Below the pieces are notes generated by a model that saw only the letters and a program-made list of their open reading frames with translations, was not told where the DNA came from and searched no databases. From contig BTWA01000017.1 in assembly GCA_045863295.1 (NCBI GenBank), positions 32,001 through 96,000 on the forward strand: a DNA stretch of 64,000 bases, in the 5' to 3' direction. This stretch comes from Candidatus Hydrogenedentota bacterium (GTDB lineage: Bacteria; Hydrogenedentota; Hydrogenedentia; Hydrogenedentales; SLHB01). The position numbers and the translations under genes are program-made. How positions within the stretch are numbered: the stretch's first letter is position 1; every line of letters begins with the position of its first letter. Positions 16,737-27,209 of this stretch are shown one piece after another.

Positions 16737-17519
16737 ATGGACATCCTCGCACACAATCGCAAGGCGTGGAACGCGCAGGCGGAATCCGGCAATCCGTGGA
16801 CGTTGCCGGTGGATCGTGGTGTGATTCAGCGCGCCCGATGCGGGGACTGGCAGGTGATTCTCACTCCAAACAAACCCGTACCGAGGGAATGGTTCGGGTC
16901 TTTGGCAGGGTGCGATCTGCTCTGCCTGGCTTCGGGCGGAGGTCAACAAGCCCCTGTGCTCGCGGCGGCCGGTGCGCGCGTTACGAGCTTTGACAATTCC
17001 GATGCGCAACTGGAGCGGGATCGCGCGGTCGCGGATCGAGACGTCATTGCGCTGCGCACGATCCAGGGGGATATGGCGGACTTGTCGGCCCTGTCCGATT
17101 GCTCATTCGATGTGATCTTTCATCCCGTGGCGAATTTGTTCGTGCCCGATGTGAAGCCGGTATGGAGAGAGTGCCACCGTGTGCTCCGGCCGGGGGGACG
17201 ATTACTCTCCGGCTTCATGAATCCCGCCTGGTTTCTTTTCGATCATTTTGCTATTGAAAAGGGCGGGCCCTTGGAGGTGCGCTACCGGCTGCCTTATTCG
17301 GATGCCGAACATTACGATGAACTTGAGAAGCGCGGTGTACTGAATGAAAAGACGCCGGTGGAGTTTGGACATACCTTGACAGACTTAATTGGAGGTCAAC
17401 TCGCCGCTGGATTACTAATCGAAGACATGTTTGAAGACGATTGGGAAACCGCAGTAACACCGTTGAACGATTACATGCCGTTTTTCATTGCCACGTTGGC
17501 GAAAAAGTTTGCCTCCTGA
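16737..17519 (+). CDS. Class I SAM-dependent methyltransferase
   Basis: LCLASGGGQQ motif I, QGDMADL, FDVIFHPV, RVLRPGG. Confidence 0.88.
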   Translation: MDILAHNRKAWNAQAESGNPWTLPVDRGVIQRARCGDWQVILTPNKPVPREWFGSLAGCDLLCLASGGGQQAPVLAAAGARVTSFDNSDAQLERDRAVADRDVIALRTIQGDMADLSALSDCSFDVIFHPVANLFVPDVKPVWRECHRVLRPGGRLLSGFMNPAWFLFDHFAIEKGGPLEVRYRLPYSDAEHYDELEKRGVLNEKTPVEFGHTLTDLIGGQLAAGLLIEDMFEDDWETAVTPLNDYMPFFIATLAKKFAS

Positions 17520-17562
17520 GCCCACCGGGATTTCCTTCAGTGGAAAGCAGTTGGATTTTCGA

Positions 17563-18504
17563 TTACCGAATGGCCGAGTCATACGGCTTGCCGTTGCCGT
17601 CCGTGCGCTGCCAAACCGGCGCTTTCTCAGGAGACGTGAGAATATCGTAGCGGTGGGGGCGGCGGTAGGCGTTTCCATGGATGGTCTTTTCCCGTCTCGC
17701 GCGCAAGCTGTCCAGATCGATCACGGCAAGAAAGAGCCCTTCTTCCTCGCCTGCAGATACAAGGCACGCTCCGGATTGGTCAAAGGCCACGGAATGGCCG
17801 TTGTTTTGAGGTGAAGGGTAGTTTGTCATGGCCACCACCATACAATTTTCCCACGCGCGAATCTTGAACTGATCCAATCTCAGTTCTTCCAAGCCGCACG
17901 CGTTGGGCGTCAAGACGACCTCCGCGCCCTGCAACATAAGGGTCCGCGCACTCTCCGGTTGCTCTCGATCGAAGCAAATCATCGCGCCTACCTGCACTGG
18001 ACCGGCCTTGGTATCAAGCTTGCCGGTGCAAAACCGGTCGCCTGGCGTCATGCTCGCCTCCATGGGTTTGAAGTCGCTTGTATGCACCTTGGCATACGTG
18101 AATACTTCCTTGCCGTGCCGGTCGAACACTGTGACGGCATTGCGGGGTAAAGGCTCATAGGCCTGCAGGTAGGTAACCGCGATGGCCATGTTCAACTCCT
18201 TGGCGAGTTTGGCGAAGCGTTGAATTTGCGGGCTGCTGGTGGCCAGCGCTAGCTTATAGAATTCCTCGCGAGCATTGGGTTTTTCCGGGTCGAACCGGGT
18301 GTAACCGATGCTCCACATCTCCGGCATAAGGGCAATGTCCGCGCCCTTGGCGGCGGCATCGCGGCACCAGGCTTCGGCCTTGTCCAGATTAGCCGGCACG
18401 TTGTCCCGGTCAGGCAACATTTGCAGCAGGGCCACCGTGATTGTGTGCGCGGCTGCATTGCATGAGAAGAGCACCGCACATAGAATCGCCCAATGCCATC
18501 GCAT
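17563..18504 (-). CDS. Secreted carbon-nitrogen hydrolase (nitrilase superfamily)
   Basis: Signal peptide; catalytic triad E (MPEMW), K (YAKVH) and C (ICFDREQPE). Confidence 0.9.
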   Translation of the reverse strand: MRWHWAILCAVLFSCNAAAHTITVALLQMLPDRDNVPANLDKAEAWCRDAAAKGADIALMPEMWSIGYTRFDPEKPNAREEFYKLALATSSPQIQRFAKLAKELNMAIAVTYLQAYEPLPRNAVTVFDRHGKEVFTYAKVHTSDFKPMEASMTPGDRFCTGKLDTKAGPVQVGAMICFDREQPESARTLMLQGAEVVLTPNACGLEELRLDQFKIRAWENCMVVAMTNYPSPQNNGHSVAFDQSGACLVSAGEEEGLFLAVIDLDSLRARREKTIHGNAYRRPHRYDILTSPEKAPVWQRTDGNGKPYDSAIR

Positions 18505-18528
18505 GGCCTGTCAACCTCCCTGCAAAGG

Positions 18529-18909
18529 CTATGGTTTTAACACGGTTTGCTTGCCGTCGGCCTCAGTCAACGTAATGGAACTGCCTTTGTCGCGCTTGGC
18601 AAGCATGTGAACCCCCGGCTCTGTTTCCTCGTTCATCAGGGCAAGGCCTGACCCGTCTTCGTTTGCGCCGATTTTCATGCGCACGGTGCCTTTGGAATCG
18701 CGCATGCGGAACACCGCTTCGCCGCTGTCCTCGACCTTCAGTTGCGCGCGCACGGTGCCATCCGGTGCAACCAATTCAATGGTCTGCGCGCGCAACACCT
18801 CGGGATCGAATTTCGCCTTGGCGGCTGCGGCGCCGCCTTGGAAGAAGGTCGCGGCGAACACAGCGATATTCAACGCGGTCACGGCAATCGGGAGTGAATA
18901 AACCTTCAT
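18529..18909 (-). CDS. Hypothetical exported protein with short beta-rich repeats
   Basis: ATG 18909 with an AGGAGG RBS, N-terminal hydrophobic segment, and repeated (L/M)xDxxGxxR-like units. Confidence 0.65.
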   Translation of the reverse strand: MKVYSLPIAVTALNIAVFAATFFQGGAAAAKAKFDPEVLRAQTIELVAPDGTVRAQLKVEDSGEAVFRMRDSKGTVRMKIGANEDGSGLALMNEETEPGVHMLAKRDKGSSITLTEADGKQTVLKP

Positions 18910-18960
18910 GGGAGCCTCCTTTTCGTGTCGATTCACGGAATCGATACGCAACCGGATACG

Positions 18961-19410
18961 CTATTCAAGTTTTTTCACGAAGTAATACTTGGCGTTGCCA
19001 TGGGAGTCCCAGTCGTCCAGCTTTCCCGCGACGGCATAGCCGAACTTTTCATAGAAACCCGGAGCCTGGTTCTCCATGGTGTCAACATACACATACCTGC
19101 AATCGCGGGCCTTCGCCAACTCCTCGGCCTTTGCAAGCAGCGCCGAACCCACTCCCTTTTTGCGCCAGCTTTCGTGAACGATCATGACATCCAGCCGGAG
19201 CCACGAGAATTGCGTATCGGCAAAAATCGCGCCGATGGCCGCGCCCGTCTCGTCAAACGCGAACAAGTTCAATGGTTGCGGTTCGTTCGTGGAATCGTCG
19301 CGCTTGCGCCAGTATTCCGGATTGACCGCGTGGTTGTATTGCCGGAACATCGAATACATTTTTTCCCGTAAATCACCGTCGGGGCGATCAATGGTTTCGA
19401 TGTGCAGCAT
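18961..19410 (-). CDS. GNAT family N-acetyltransferase
   Basis: IVHESWRKKGVGSALL, VDTMENQAPGFYEKFGY. Confidence 0.88.
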   Translation of the reverse strand: MLHIETIDRPDGDLREKMYSMFRQYNHAVNPEYWRKRDDSTNEPQPLNLFAFDETGAAIGAIFADTQFSWLRLDVMIVHESWRKKGVGSALLAKAEELAKARDCRYVYVDTMENQAPGFYEKFGYAVAGKLDDWDSHGNAKYYFVKKLE

Positions 19411-19419
19411 GCGCGCTCC

Positions 19420-20499
19420 CTACTCCTTGGGCGGCCAGTTCGTGATAGCCTCCTCGCGAAATACCGAGTGCATAATCGTTGTTCGCCGGTTGGCCGTATA
19501 TATGATGTGAATTAATCCGTCTTTGGTTTGAATCGCGTAGGGATAAGCGAAGGTATTTTCCCCACCGCCAATGTGGCGCTTATAAGGCCACGTTTTGTCC
19601 CCGTCCGTGGAAACGGTAACCGTCAAAGGGGTTCGGTCATTCATGTTGTCGTTGTATACGAGCAGGAGGTGGCCATTCTGCAACTTGATGAAATCCACGG
19701 CGGAGTTGGGGTTCAGAAACTGGGATTTCACGGCGTCCGACCACGTGTTTCCGCCGTCATGCGATTCAGACTTCAACGTGTATCCGTCCTCCGTGGGAAG
19801 GAAATTGCCGCCGCGACGGATGTACGCAATGAGGTGGGTATCGGTCATTTGCACGACCTGGGCCTGCAGATTGCCCATTTCCGATTTGATGCGGCCGGTC
19901 TCGGTCCACACTTTTGTCTGCGGATTGTAGCGGAGAAAGTATGACATGGTGGAAGAGATCGTGCCTTCGCGGTCCTCACCGGTTTCGTGATAGACCGGTA
20001 GCAAATACTCGCCGTTGTTCAACACAATCGGCTGGCCTCGCACCATGCTTCCCTCTTCGAACAGCAACATCCAGGAATCTGTCCAGGTCTGCGCGCCGTC
20101 GTAGGACTTCTTCGCCATCACCCGCGCATTGGACCATGTCGGACCGTATAAGTTGTTGTAGAAGAGCCACACCGTACCGTCGGGCCCTTGCCACACGACG
20201 GGGTTTCCCTCGCCATGGTCGGGCGTGTCCGCGATGACCACCGGCGTACTCCACTGGGTTGTGCCTTTGACCAAGCGCATGCCGTAGACGGCCGTATCGT
20301 CTCCGTACTCGTCCGATCCGCCGTAATACGCTATGTACAGATCGCCGTTGTCGAGTTCGGTGATCGACGCGGGATGCTTGTACAATCCGGGAAATTCCGA
20401 GCCGATTACCCGGTAGGTTTCGACATTGGTCACCGGATTGCGATCGACCGGAGTCAAATTGGCGGCCCCGATGGCCAGCATTAGACACACGAAGGACAT
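19420..20499 (-). CDS. BNR-repeat sialidase/neuraminidase-like beta-propeller protein
   Basis: Asp-boxes SYDGAQTW, SHDGGNTW and STDGDKTW; HPASITEL, NPNS, RTPL and YPY motifs. Confidence 0.85.
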   Translation of the reverse strand: MSFVCLMLAIGAANLTPVDRNPVTNVETYRVIGSEFPGLYKHPASITELDNGDLYIAYYGGSDEYGDDTAVYGMRLVKGTTQWSTPVVIADTPDHGEGNPVVWQGPDGTVWLFYNNLYGPTWSNARVMAKKSYDGAQTWTDSWMLLFEEGSMVRGQPIVLNNGEYLLPVYHETGEDREGTISSTMSYFLRYNPQTKVWTETGRIKSEMGNLQAQVVQMTDTHLIAYIRRGGNFLPTEDGYTLKSESHDGGNTWSDAVKSQFLNPNSAVDFIKLQNGHLLLVYNDNMNDRTPLTVTVSTDGDKTWPYKRHIGGGENTFAYPYAIQTKDGLIHIIYTANRRTTIMHSVFREEAITNWPPKE

Positions 20500-20672
20500 G
20501 GATGCACCTCCCAGTTTGCGAAGGCCCTATCGATGGGCCGCCTTCATCAATCCCAAGTTTCGCCATCGTAACATGGACATACCTACGATTTCCCTCGGTT
20601 GGGGCAATGGGTCAGAATGGCCCGTTACGTTGAGAACACAGACAGGGCGGGCTAGCGGCGTTGTCTGATCTT

Positions 20673-21083
20673 CTATGACAGGGGTCGGTCCGCTGGCAAC
20701 GTCCATGCGCTGGGGTGCTGGTCGAAACCGAGTCGGGGGTAATACTCGACGGCCGCGGGCGCGGACAGCAGGACGAGAAGGCAGCGGGGTCCCAGGCGGC
20801 CACGCGTTTGCTCGACGAGGCTCCGCCCGATGCCCTGGCGCTGGTACGCCTGGTCCACGGCCAGATCGGCGAGATAGCAGCAGAGAGAGAAATCAGTAAC
20901 GGACCGCGCAACCCCTACGAGCCTACTGCCATCCCATGCGGTCGCCATCAGGTTTGCGCCCGCCAGGGCGCCCGCCATGGACGCGCGATCATCCAGCGGC
21001 CGCCGTTCGCCCAAGGTTGATCGGCGCAAGACACCGATGAAAGTGTCGAGATCAATGTTTCGATTTGTGCTGTACTCGATCAT
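20673..21083 (-). CDS. GNAT family N-acetyltransferase
   Basis: YLADLAVDQAYQRQGIGRSL, EYYPRLGF. Confidence 0.88.
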   Translation of the reverse strand: MIEYSTNRNIDLDTFIGVLRRSTLGERRPLDDRASMAGALAGANLMATAWDGSRLVGVARSVTDFSLCCYLADLAVDQAYQRQGIGRSLVEQTRGRLGPRCLLVLLSAPAAVEYYPRLGFDQHPSAWTLPADRPLS

Positions 21084-21289
21084 GGCGTGTGGCCTCCCGA
21101 TGCGCGTTTACAAAGTATACAGGCATGCGCATGGGAAGCACGTAAGCGCGCTGAAAGTGGGACGCTAGAAAACCTATCCGGGAAGGGGTTGTCATGACGG
21201 GTGCTTCCACGCCCAACGTGGAGAATCATGCCTTGCGGAAGCTCTTACTGACGACTCCTGCCGTCCAATGCGCACCCTTCACATGTTAC

Positions 21290-23146
21290 TTATTCCATCC
21301 TGGGGCCTTGTTGCTTTACCAATTTTCCGCCCTGCCACTTGTACCATTCGCGTTGGTAATAGAACTGGCATACGGCCCCTTCTTTGATGTCGGATTTGGA
21401 GAATGCATTTATGGCGTTCATGTCCTGGACCCGTTTGACGCCGCTGATGGTTACGCGTTTTCGAGCCGCTTCCGTCAACCCGGGCCCCATCACCTTGTAT
21501 TCAACGGCACCGCCTGTAACGAACCAGACGCCGTCAATCTGCGAGAATGCCGCCTCACTCAATGCAATGTCGGTGGATTGGCTGGGTCCAACAACCCCGT
21601 TGCAGAAATCTCCGCTTCGGACATTCAAGTGTATTTGTGCGGGAAGGTAGCCATGAGACGGATCGATCCAAACCGTGCCGCGGCCGTACTTCGATTCAAA
21701 GTCCAAGGCATAACAGGTTGAGCCGTTTATGACTTCCGTGGCGGATCGTACGGCCACGCTGCCGGCTTCCATCATTTCGTCAATGCGGAAATAACACATC
21801 CCCACAAAACCCAGTAGCGGACCTGCGGCGAATCCGCCGGCGGCCTTACGTAGATCGCCCTCGGGATCCGGACCACTTCGCAGCCCGGCGTAACCCGCGG
21901 GCTGGTTCGGGATGCGCGGATCGAGCGAATAGGCCCAGTGTTCGCTTCCGTCAAACGAAATGAGGGCGAACTTGGCACGGTCTCGGGGAACAAACTCCAT
22001 GCTGCCTGCCTGACCCCACGACCAATAGCGCCATACCGAACGATACCCATCGGTGATTAATTCGCCTTCCTCAAGGAGCGTTCGCGGCCCACCGCTATAC
22101 GCATTCGGTTCGCTCACAATGTTGCTGTTGCGAACCTCATCGGATTTGTATTTCAGGGAGACTCCATAAATCTGAGCGTCGAAAGCCTGCGATAGTGCCG
22201 TTGTGAGCGCCTGGGCATTTACTTCCACACTTTCTGCCTGGGCGTTCGCCGCGCCTGGAACCGGCCGCCGTGCCTTGGGATGGTCCGGGGTGAGCTTTAA
22301 GGGTCCGCTTCCTGCGCCGATGCTTGGTTTGCTTTCTTGAGCCTGGGCCACGTTGCCGCCAAAAGGGGCGCTTTCCGTTGTCAACCAGAAACCAGCAAAA
22401 CCGATACCCGCGAGGCTGGCCGCCGTTAATGCGATCCCGGCCGCCTTTGTGCCCAGTTTAGCCAACACTGTCTGCACGAAACTTGAACCGCCACCCGCCG
22501 CGATCACCTCACTGTGAACTGTAGCCAATTGGTCCAACATGGCTGCCAGAGCACCCGGGATGGGTGCGGCCTCTGCCATGTGCGCATGCAACAGGCCGGC
22601 CAGGGGAAGAGCCCCCACGGAGACGCCGCGCCGTTTCAGCCCTTTACCCACTTCGCCAATAGCCCGTTCGATACGGTGGCTCAGCGTTCGCCTTGGCACA
22701 CCCAAACGGCGGGCGATGGCCGTCAATGTCTGTCCTTCGACATACCGGGCGACCAACGGTTCCCTCAGCTCACTCGGCAACTCGGCGACGGCCTCGTCTA
22801 CGTAGTGGTGAATATCGTTCCATTGTGGATGTTCGGATTCAGGCCGCTGCGCCGCGTAGCGATCTTCCCGTGCGAGGCGCCGCCGATTGGTTCTGAGTCT
22901 GTGCAGGCACTTGCGTGTGGCCACGCCATACAGCCAAGCCCCAACAGCATCCTGGCGAACGCTCTGGGACTGAGCCAGCGCGACGAAACACTCCTGAGTT
23001 GCGTCTTCAGCTTCGGCGGAGTCGCCGAGCATTCGGCGGCATGTTCCATAAACCATTCCAGAATAACGTTTTACGAGTTCATCGAATGTCTTGGTATTGT
23101 TTTGATTGGCCCATCGATCCCACGCCGACCGCATACCGCCGCTCAT
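21290..23146 (-). CDS. ECF RNA polymerase sigma factor with a TM segment and large C-terminal extension
   Basis: Region 2 (FDELVKRY...AEDATQECF...AWLYGVA), region 4 HTH (LTAIARRLGVPRRTLSHRI), a TM helix, then a ~360-aa extracytoplasmic domain. Confidence 0.85.
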   Translation of the reverse strand: MSGGMRSAWDRWANQNNTKTFDELVKRYSGMVYGTCRRMLGDSAEAEDATQECFVALAQSQSVRQDAVGAWLYGVATRKCLHRLRTNRRRLAREDRYAAQRPESEHPQWNDIHHYVDEAVAELPSELREPLVARYVEGQTLTAIARRLGVPRRTLSHRIERAIGEVGKGLKRRGVSVGALPLAGLLHAHMAEAAPIPGALAAMLDQLATVHSEVIAAGGGSSFVQTVLAKLGTKAAGIALTAASLAGIGFAGFWLTTESAPFGGNVAQAQESKPSIGAGSGPLKLTPDHPKARRPVPGAANAQAESVEVNAQALTTALSQAFDAQIYGVSLKYKSDEVRNSNIVSEPNAYSGGPRTLLEEGELITDGYRSVWRYWSWGQAGSMEFVPRDRAKFALISFDGSEHWAYSLDPRIPNQPAGYAGLRSGPDPEGDLRKAAGGFAAGPLLGFVGMCYFRIDEMMEAGSVAVRSATEVINGSTCYALDFESKYGRGTVWIDPSHGYLPAQIHLNVRSGDFCNGVVGPSQSTDIALSEAAFSQIDGVWFVTGGAVEYKVMGPGLTEAARKRVTISGVKRVQDMNAINAFSKSDIKEGAVCQFYYQREWYKWQGGKLVKQQGPRME

Positions 23147-23308
23147 GGTGTAATTCCTCCATGTCGCAAGTAATATCCTAACTCCATTCTATAATTGCCG
23201 CCAACGGAACTTTTGGCCACGATTAGGATATCGTGCACATGCAATCTGCTTGAGTGTTGGCCTCATCAACTGAAATACAGGCTTCCCCACTCCTTCAGGA
23301 GAACTCCC

Positions 23309-24868
23309 ATGCGATCCGGTTTATCGCTTTTCGTGATGTTGCTGGCGTCTGTCGTAGTGTCCCTGGCGTTTGCTGAACCCGCTATGCGGGAAGTTGTGGA
23401 GGGCATATCCACCTCGCGCGTGGTGCCGGGTGAACCCTACGACCTGCAGGGGAAGCGGGTTGTCTTTACGAACTGGCATTTTGTGCAACCTGGGGATTTG
23501 GATTGGCGGGATCCGCAGGAGAAGAGCGTATACGTGCATGGGAATTCGGAATTGTTCGAGGCGCACCATGTAGGAATTCGGGCTCCGAGGGGAATCAAGA
23601 TAACCGTACGTAAGCCGGCGGTGATCGGGCCTTTCGACAACATGCCGTACCGGTGCATATTGCAGGACAGCGGGATCTACAAGGGGTGGACCTCGTCGGA
23701 GTATTACGAATCGCAGGACGGCATGCAGTGGGAGAAGAAGGCGAACCTCGTTTTGGATGCGCCTGCTTCGGACGGCGTTTACCAGGTGTTTATCGATCCG
23801 TCCGCACCCGCCGAGGAGCGATACAAGGCGGTTTGGGTGGGCACGATCTCGAAGGAGGCGTTTGACACGTACCGCGCAAATCGGCCCGATGGATGGGAGC
23901 CGCGCGCTCTATTGCATTATGGGGAAACGGGCGAGGTCTCGGCCATCCGGGGTAGCGTGTCTCCGGATGGCGTTCACTGGAGAACGCTGCCAGACCCAAT
24001 CGTGGCCGAGTATGCGGACACGTTGAATACAGCGTACTACGATCCGGTACTGCGGCAATATGTGATGTACACGCGTCAATGGTCGCTGGGCGAGCGGGCG
24101 CGGGCGTTGCCTTCAGACATTCGCAATTCGTGGACTGGTGTGGGCCGGCGGGCGGTGGGGCGCAGCGCAACAGATGACTTCGCTACGTTTCCGGTGTCTG
24201 AAATGATCCTGGAGCCGGCGCCCGACATGCCGCCGTCGGAGCAAATCTACACGAATTGTCGTACAACCATTCCCGGGGCACCGGATCATCATCTCATGTT
24301 TCCCGCGCTTTGGAACGCTTCTGTTGACGACACGACGCGCATTGCGGTGGTCTCGAGTCATGATGGCAAGCTGTGGCATTGGGTACCCGGCGGGGACATT
24401 CTTTATACCCAACCGTTTGGCCGGTGGGATGGCGGATGCATATGGACGCTGCCCAACTTGATTGAACTGCCCGATGGCGATTGGGCGTTGCCGTATCTCG
24501 GTCACAATGTGCCGCACAAATATCCGCGAGGAAAGCGGGAAGGGGGCATGGGGTACGCCGTTTGGCCCAAGGGCCGGATGATTGCTTTGGAGGCCGAGAA
24601 TTCGGGTGGATTTACGATGATTCCCGTGCTGGCCGAAGGCCGCACGCTGAAAGTCAATGCCGTGACCCATCGCACCGGGTGGGTGAAGGTGTCGGTAGCG
24701 GGCAAAGACCGCCGAGCCATGAACGATTGCATACCGATTGTGGGAGACCACCCTTGGGTGACCGTTCAATGGAAAGAGGGTAGTGATCTCGGCGTCGAAC
24801 CTGGCCAACCTGTCACGCTTCAATTTGAGATGTATCAAGCGGATCTGTTCGGGGTTGAATTCGACTAA
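23309..24868 (+). CDS. Secreted beta-propeller glycoside-hydrolase-like protein
   Basis: Signal peptide; repeated SxDGxxW motifs (SQDGMQW, SPDGVHW, SHDGKLW); C-terminal beta-sandwich-like region. Confidence 0.65.
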   Translation: MRSGLSLFVMLLASVVVSLAFAEPAMREVVEGISTSRVVPGEPYDLQGKRVVFTNWHFVQPGDLDWRDPQEKSVYVHGNSELFEAHHVGIRAPRGIKITVRKPAVIGPFDNMPYRCILQDSGIYKGWTSSEYYESQDGMQWEKKANLVLDAPASDGVYQVFIDPSAPAEERYKAVWVGTISKEAFDTYRANRPDGWEPRALLHYGETGEVSAIRGSVSPDGVHWRTLPDPIVAEYADTLNTAYYDPVLRQYVMYTRQWSLGERARALPSDIRNSWTGVGRRAVGRSATDDFATFPVSEMILEPAPDMPPSEQIYTNCRTTIPGAPDHHLMFPALWNASVDDTTRIAVVSSHDGKLWHWVPGGDILYTQPFGRWDGGCIWTLPNLIELPDGDWALPYLGHNVPHKYPRGKREGGMGYAVWPKGRMIALEAENSGGFTMIPVLAEGRTLKVNAVTHRTGWVKVSVAGKDRRAMNDCIPIVGDHPWVTVQWKEGSDLGVEPGQPVTLQFEMYQADLFGVEFD

Positions 24869-25014
24869 CGGCATTCGCTTGTGTCCGTTCGGGAGTAGAG
24901 GGCTGCTTCCATTTGTTTTCAGCGATGTTGGATTGCAGGCGCTTACACTGGAGACTTCGCCGTGCAAACCCCTTGATGCGTGGGCATTACTTAACTCAGA
25001 GGAAAATACCCCCA

Positions 25015-25806
25015 ATGAACCTTCAGCTGAACGGCAAACGCGCTTTAGTTACAGGCAGCACGGCGGGTATTGGCTATTCGATAGCGGTGGCGCTGGCACG
25101 CGAAGGGGCTCACGTTATTGTGAATGGCCGATCATCGGTTTCGGTGGAAACAGCGGTTGCCGCGATAGTTCGCGAAACGAGTGGTACCGTGGTGGGATTC
25201 ACGGGCGATTTGAGCAAGGCGGAAGCGGCAGAGTCTTTGGTGAACGCCCACCCAGATATCGATATCCTGATCAACAATCTGGGTATTTTTGAGCCAAAGG
25301 CGTTTGAAGATATTCCGGATGAGGACTGGCGCCGGTTTTTTGAGATCAACGTATTGAGTGGAGCGCGTCTGTCACGACTGGTGTTGCCTTATATGAAGAA
25401 GAAGAATTGGGGACGGATTATCTTCGTATCGAGTGAAAGTGGGGTACAGATACCCTCCGAGATGATTCACTACGGCATGACAAAAACCGCACAACTGGCG
25501 GTTTCGCGAGGTCTGGCGGAAACCCTGGCCGGGACAGGCGTTACAGTAAACTGCGTGCTGCCCGGACCCACAAAATCGCGGGGAGTGACGGATTTCGTGG
25601 ACGCGCTGGCGTCAAGCAAGGGAATGTCCTTCGAGGCTTTCGAGAAAGAGTTTTTCGAAACGGTGCGGCCTACGTCGCTCATCAAGCGCTTTGCCATGCC
25701 GGAGGAAGTGGCTGACCTCGTGGCCTTTGTGGCAAGTCCGCTGGCGTCCGCGACGACCGGCGCAGCTCTCCGAGTGGACGGAGGCACCATTAAGAGCGCC
25801 TTTTGA
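25015..25806 (+). CDS. Short-chain dehydrogenase/reductase
   Basis: TGSTAGIG, NNLG, YGMTK (YxxxK), LRVDGG. Confidence 0.92.
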   Translation: MNLQLNGKRALVTGSTAGIGYSIAVALAREGAHVIVNGRSSVSVETAVAAIVRETSGTVVGFTGDLSKAEAAESLVNAHPDIDILINNLGIFEPKAFEDIPDEDWRRFFEINVLSGARLSRLVLPYMKKKNWGRIIFVSSESGVQIPSEMIHYGMTKTAQLAVSRGLAETLAGTGVTVNCVLPGPTKSRGVTDFVDALASSKGMSFEAFEKEFFETVRPTSLIKRFAMPEEVADLVAFVASPLASATTGAALRVDGGTIKSAF

Positions 25807-25900
25807 GGCCGGACGACCGGTTGTTACTTTCAGCTCTTTGCCGCAGTGAACTCAGCCAGAATTCCGGTGTCAAAAGCCATGAGACCCTTTCAGGGAGAGA

Positions 25901-27187
25901 ATGGCGATGTCCGAACCACTTGGGCTTACAAATTCGAAGCGGCGGTTTCGACTCTATGCGATTGCAGTGGCCATTGCGTTGCTTGGCTATGCCGGCTGGT
26001 ATCTTTTGCAGGGCTGGCCTGTGTTGGTGGCGGGCGGGTTGACTCGGCCTGCGATGCCTGCAGACGCATTTGAGCTGGCGATTGCCACCGACAAGACGGA
26101 GTACGGTGTAGGGGAAAAGGTGGCCATCACGGCGATTCTCACGAACCGGTCTGGGAAGACGGTCTATCTGGCGCGCCCATTGGACGGATCGGAGCGCGGG
26201 CGGTCTCCTGTGGCGCGGTTTACCGTGGAGGCGCCGCCTTCGGCCCTGCCGAAAGAGCAACTGGGTCTATGCGGCAATACCAATCCGATTGACACGGGCG
26301 CGTTTGTGGAAGTACCGGATGGTGGCAGCCTGCCACTTGTGATCGACGGCGGTTTTTGGCTGAACTACGAGCTGAACCGTGGTGCGGGGGAATACCGCAT
26401 TCAGATGACCTATTCCACGGAAGCGACCGAACCGTCCGCGTGGGTTGGTGGGCCGATGCAGCCATTGGCTGAGAACCGGATTCTGCTTTCGATTGCCCCG
26501 TACTTGTCTTGTGTGCCGCGTATCAAGGTAGTGAGCAACGAGGTCGTTCTTTCGTTCAAGAGCCGATATCCCAGCCCAATTGCCGCCCTTCAGCAAGGAG
26601 ACCTTGAGGCCGTAAAGTTTGGTTTGCGTGAAATTGAGGCGATGGATACTGCGGCGAGACCGGCAGATTACACGACCGCGGCGTTGGACGCGTTGACCCG
26701 CCTGTACGCGGCCTCGGACTATGCCTACCACGATGTTGCCGCGCTGGCCATGCCGTTGTTGGCGTCGGATGCCAGGGAAAAGGACGCGGATCTATTCTGG
26801 AGTATGCTGGAACCGGAGCGACGGTGGGCCGAGCGGCGGGTCTATCTGGATCAAGGCGGAAGTAATATGGGAGCGTATGTGCTTGCGGTGACGTTGAAGA
26901 GTTCCGAAGCTTTGCGCGCGGATCGATTGCAGTACCTGACCCATTCTCAAAACTATGAGACCGATCATGCGGGGCAAACTTTGGATCCCATTCCTTTGGA
27001 TATGCGTACCATCCGCGTTCTTGTCATGGCCACCGGGTCCGACGTGGACCGCGCCATTGTCGGCCTTGCCGGTAGGCCGGAGCTTTTTTACGAAGGAGCG
27101 AAATCTGAAGAAGCCAAGCTACTTCGTCAAGTTATGGATGAACGCGGGTTGACGTTTCCTGAATCCTCACAGGCCAAGTCCAACTGA
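25901..27187 (+). CDS. Hypothetical membrane-anchored protein with an Ig-like N-terminal domain
   Basis: 428-aa ORF with a GGGAGA RBS, one N-terminal TM segment and a TDKTEYGVGE...LTNRS Ig-like strand pattern. Confidence 0.65.
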   Translation: MAMSEPLGLTNSKRRFRLYAIAVAIALLGYAGWYLLQGWPVLVAGGLTRPAMPADAFELAIATDKTEYGVGEKVAITAILTNRSGKTVYLARPLDGSERGRSPVARFTVEAPPSALPKEQLGLCGNTNPIDTGAFVEVPDGGSLPLVIDGGFWLNYELNRGAGEYRIQMTYSTEATEPSAWVGGPMQPLAENRILLSIAPYLSCVPRIKVVSNEVVLSFKSRYPSPIAALQQGDLEAVKFGLREIEAMDTAARPADYTTAALDALTRLYAASDYAYHDVAALAMPLLASDAREKDADLFWSMLEPERRWAERRVYLDQGGSNMGAYVLAVTLKSSEALRADRLQYLTHSQNYETDHAGQTLDPIPLDMRTIRVLVMATGSDVDRAIVGLAGRPELFYEGAKSEEAKLLRQVMDERGLTFPESSQAKSN

Positions 27188-27209
27188 TCACGGCGACTTA
27201 CTCAGCTCT

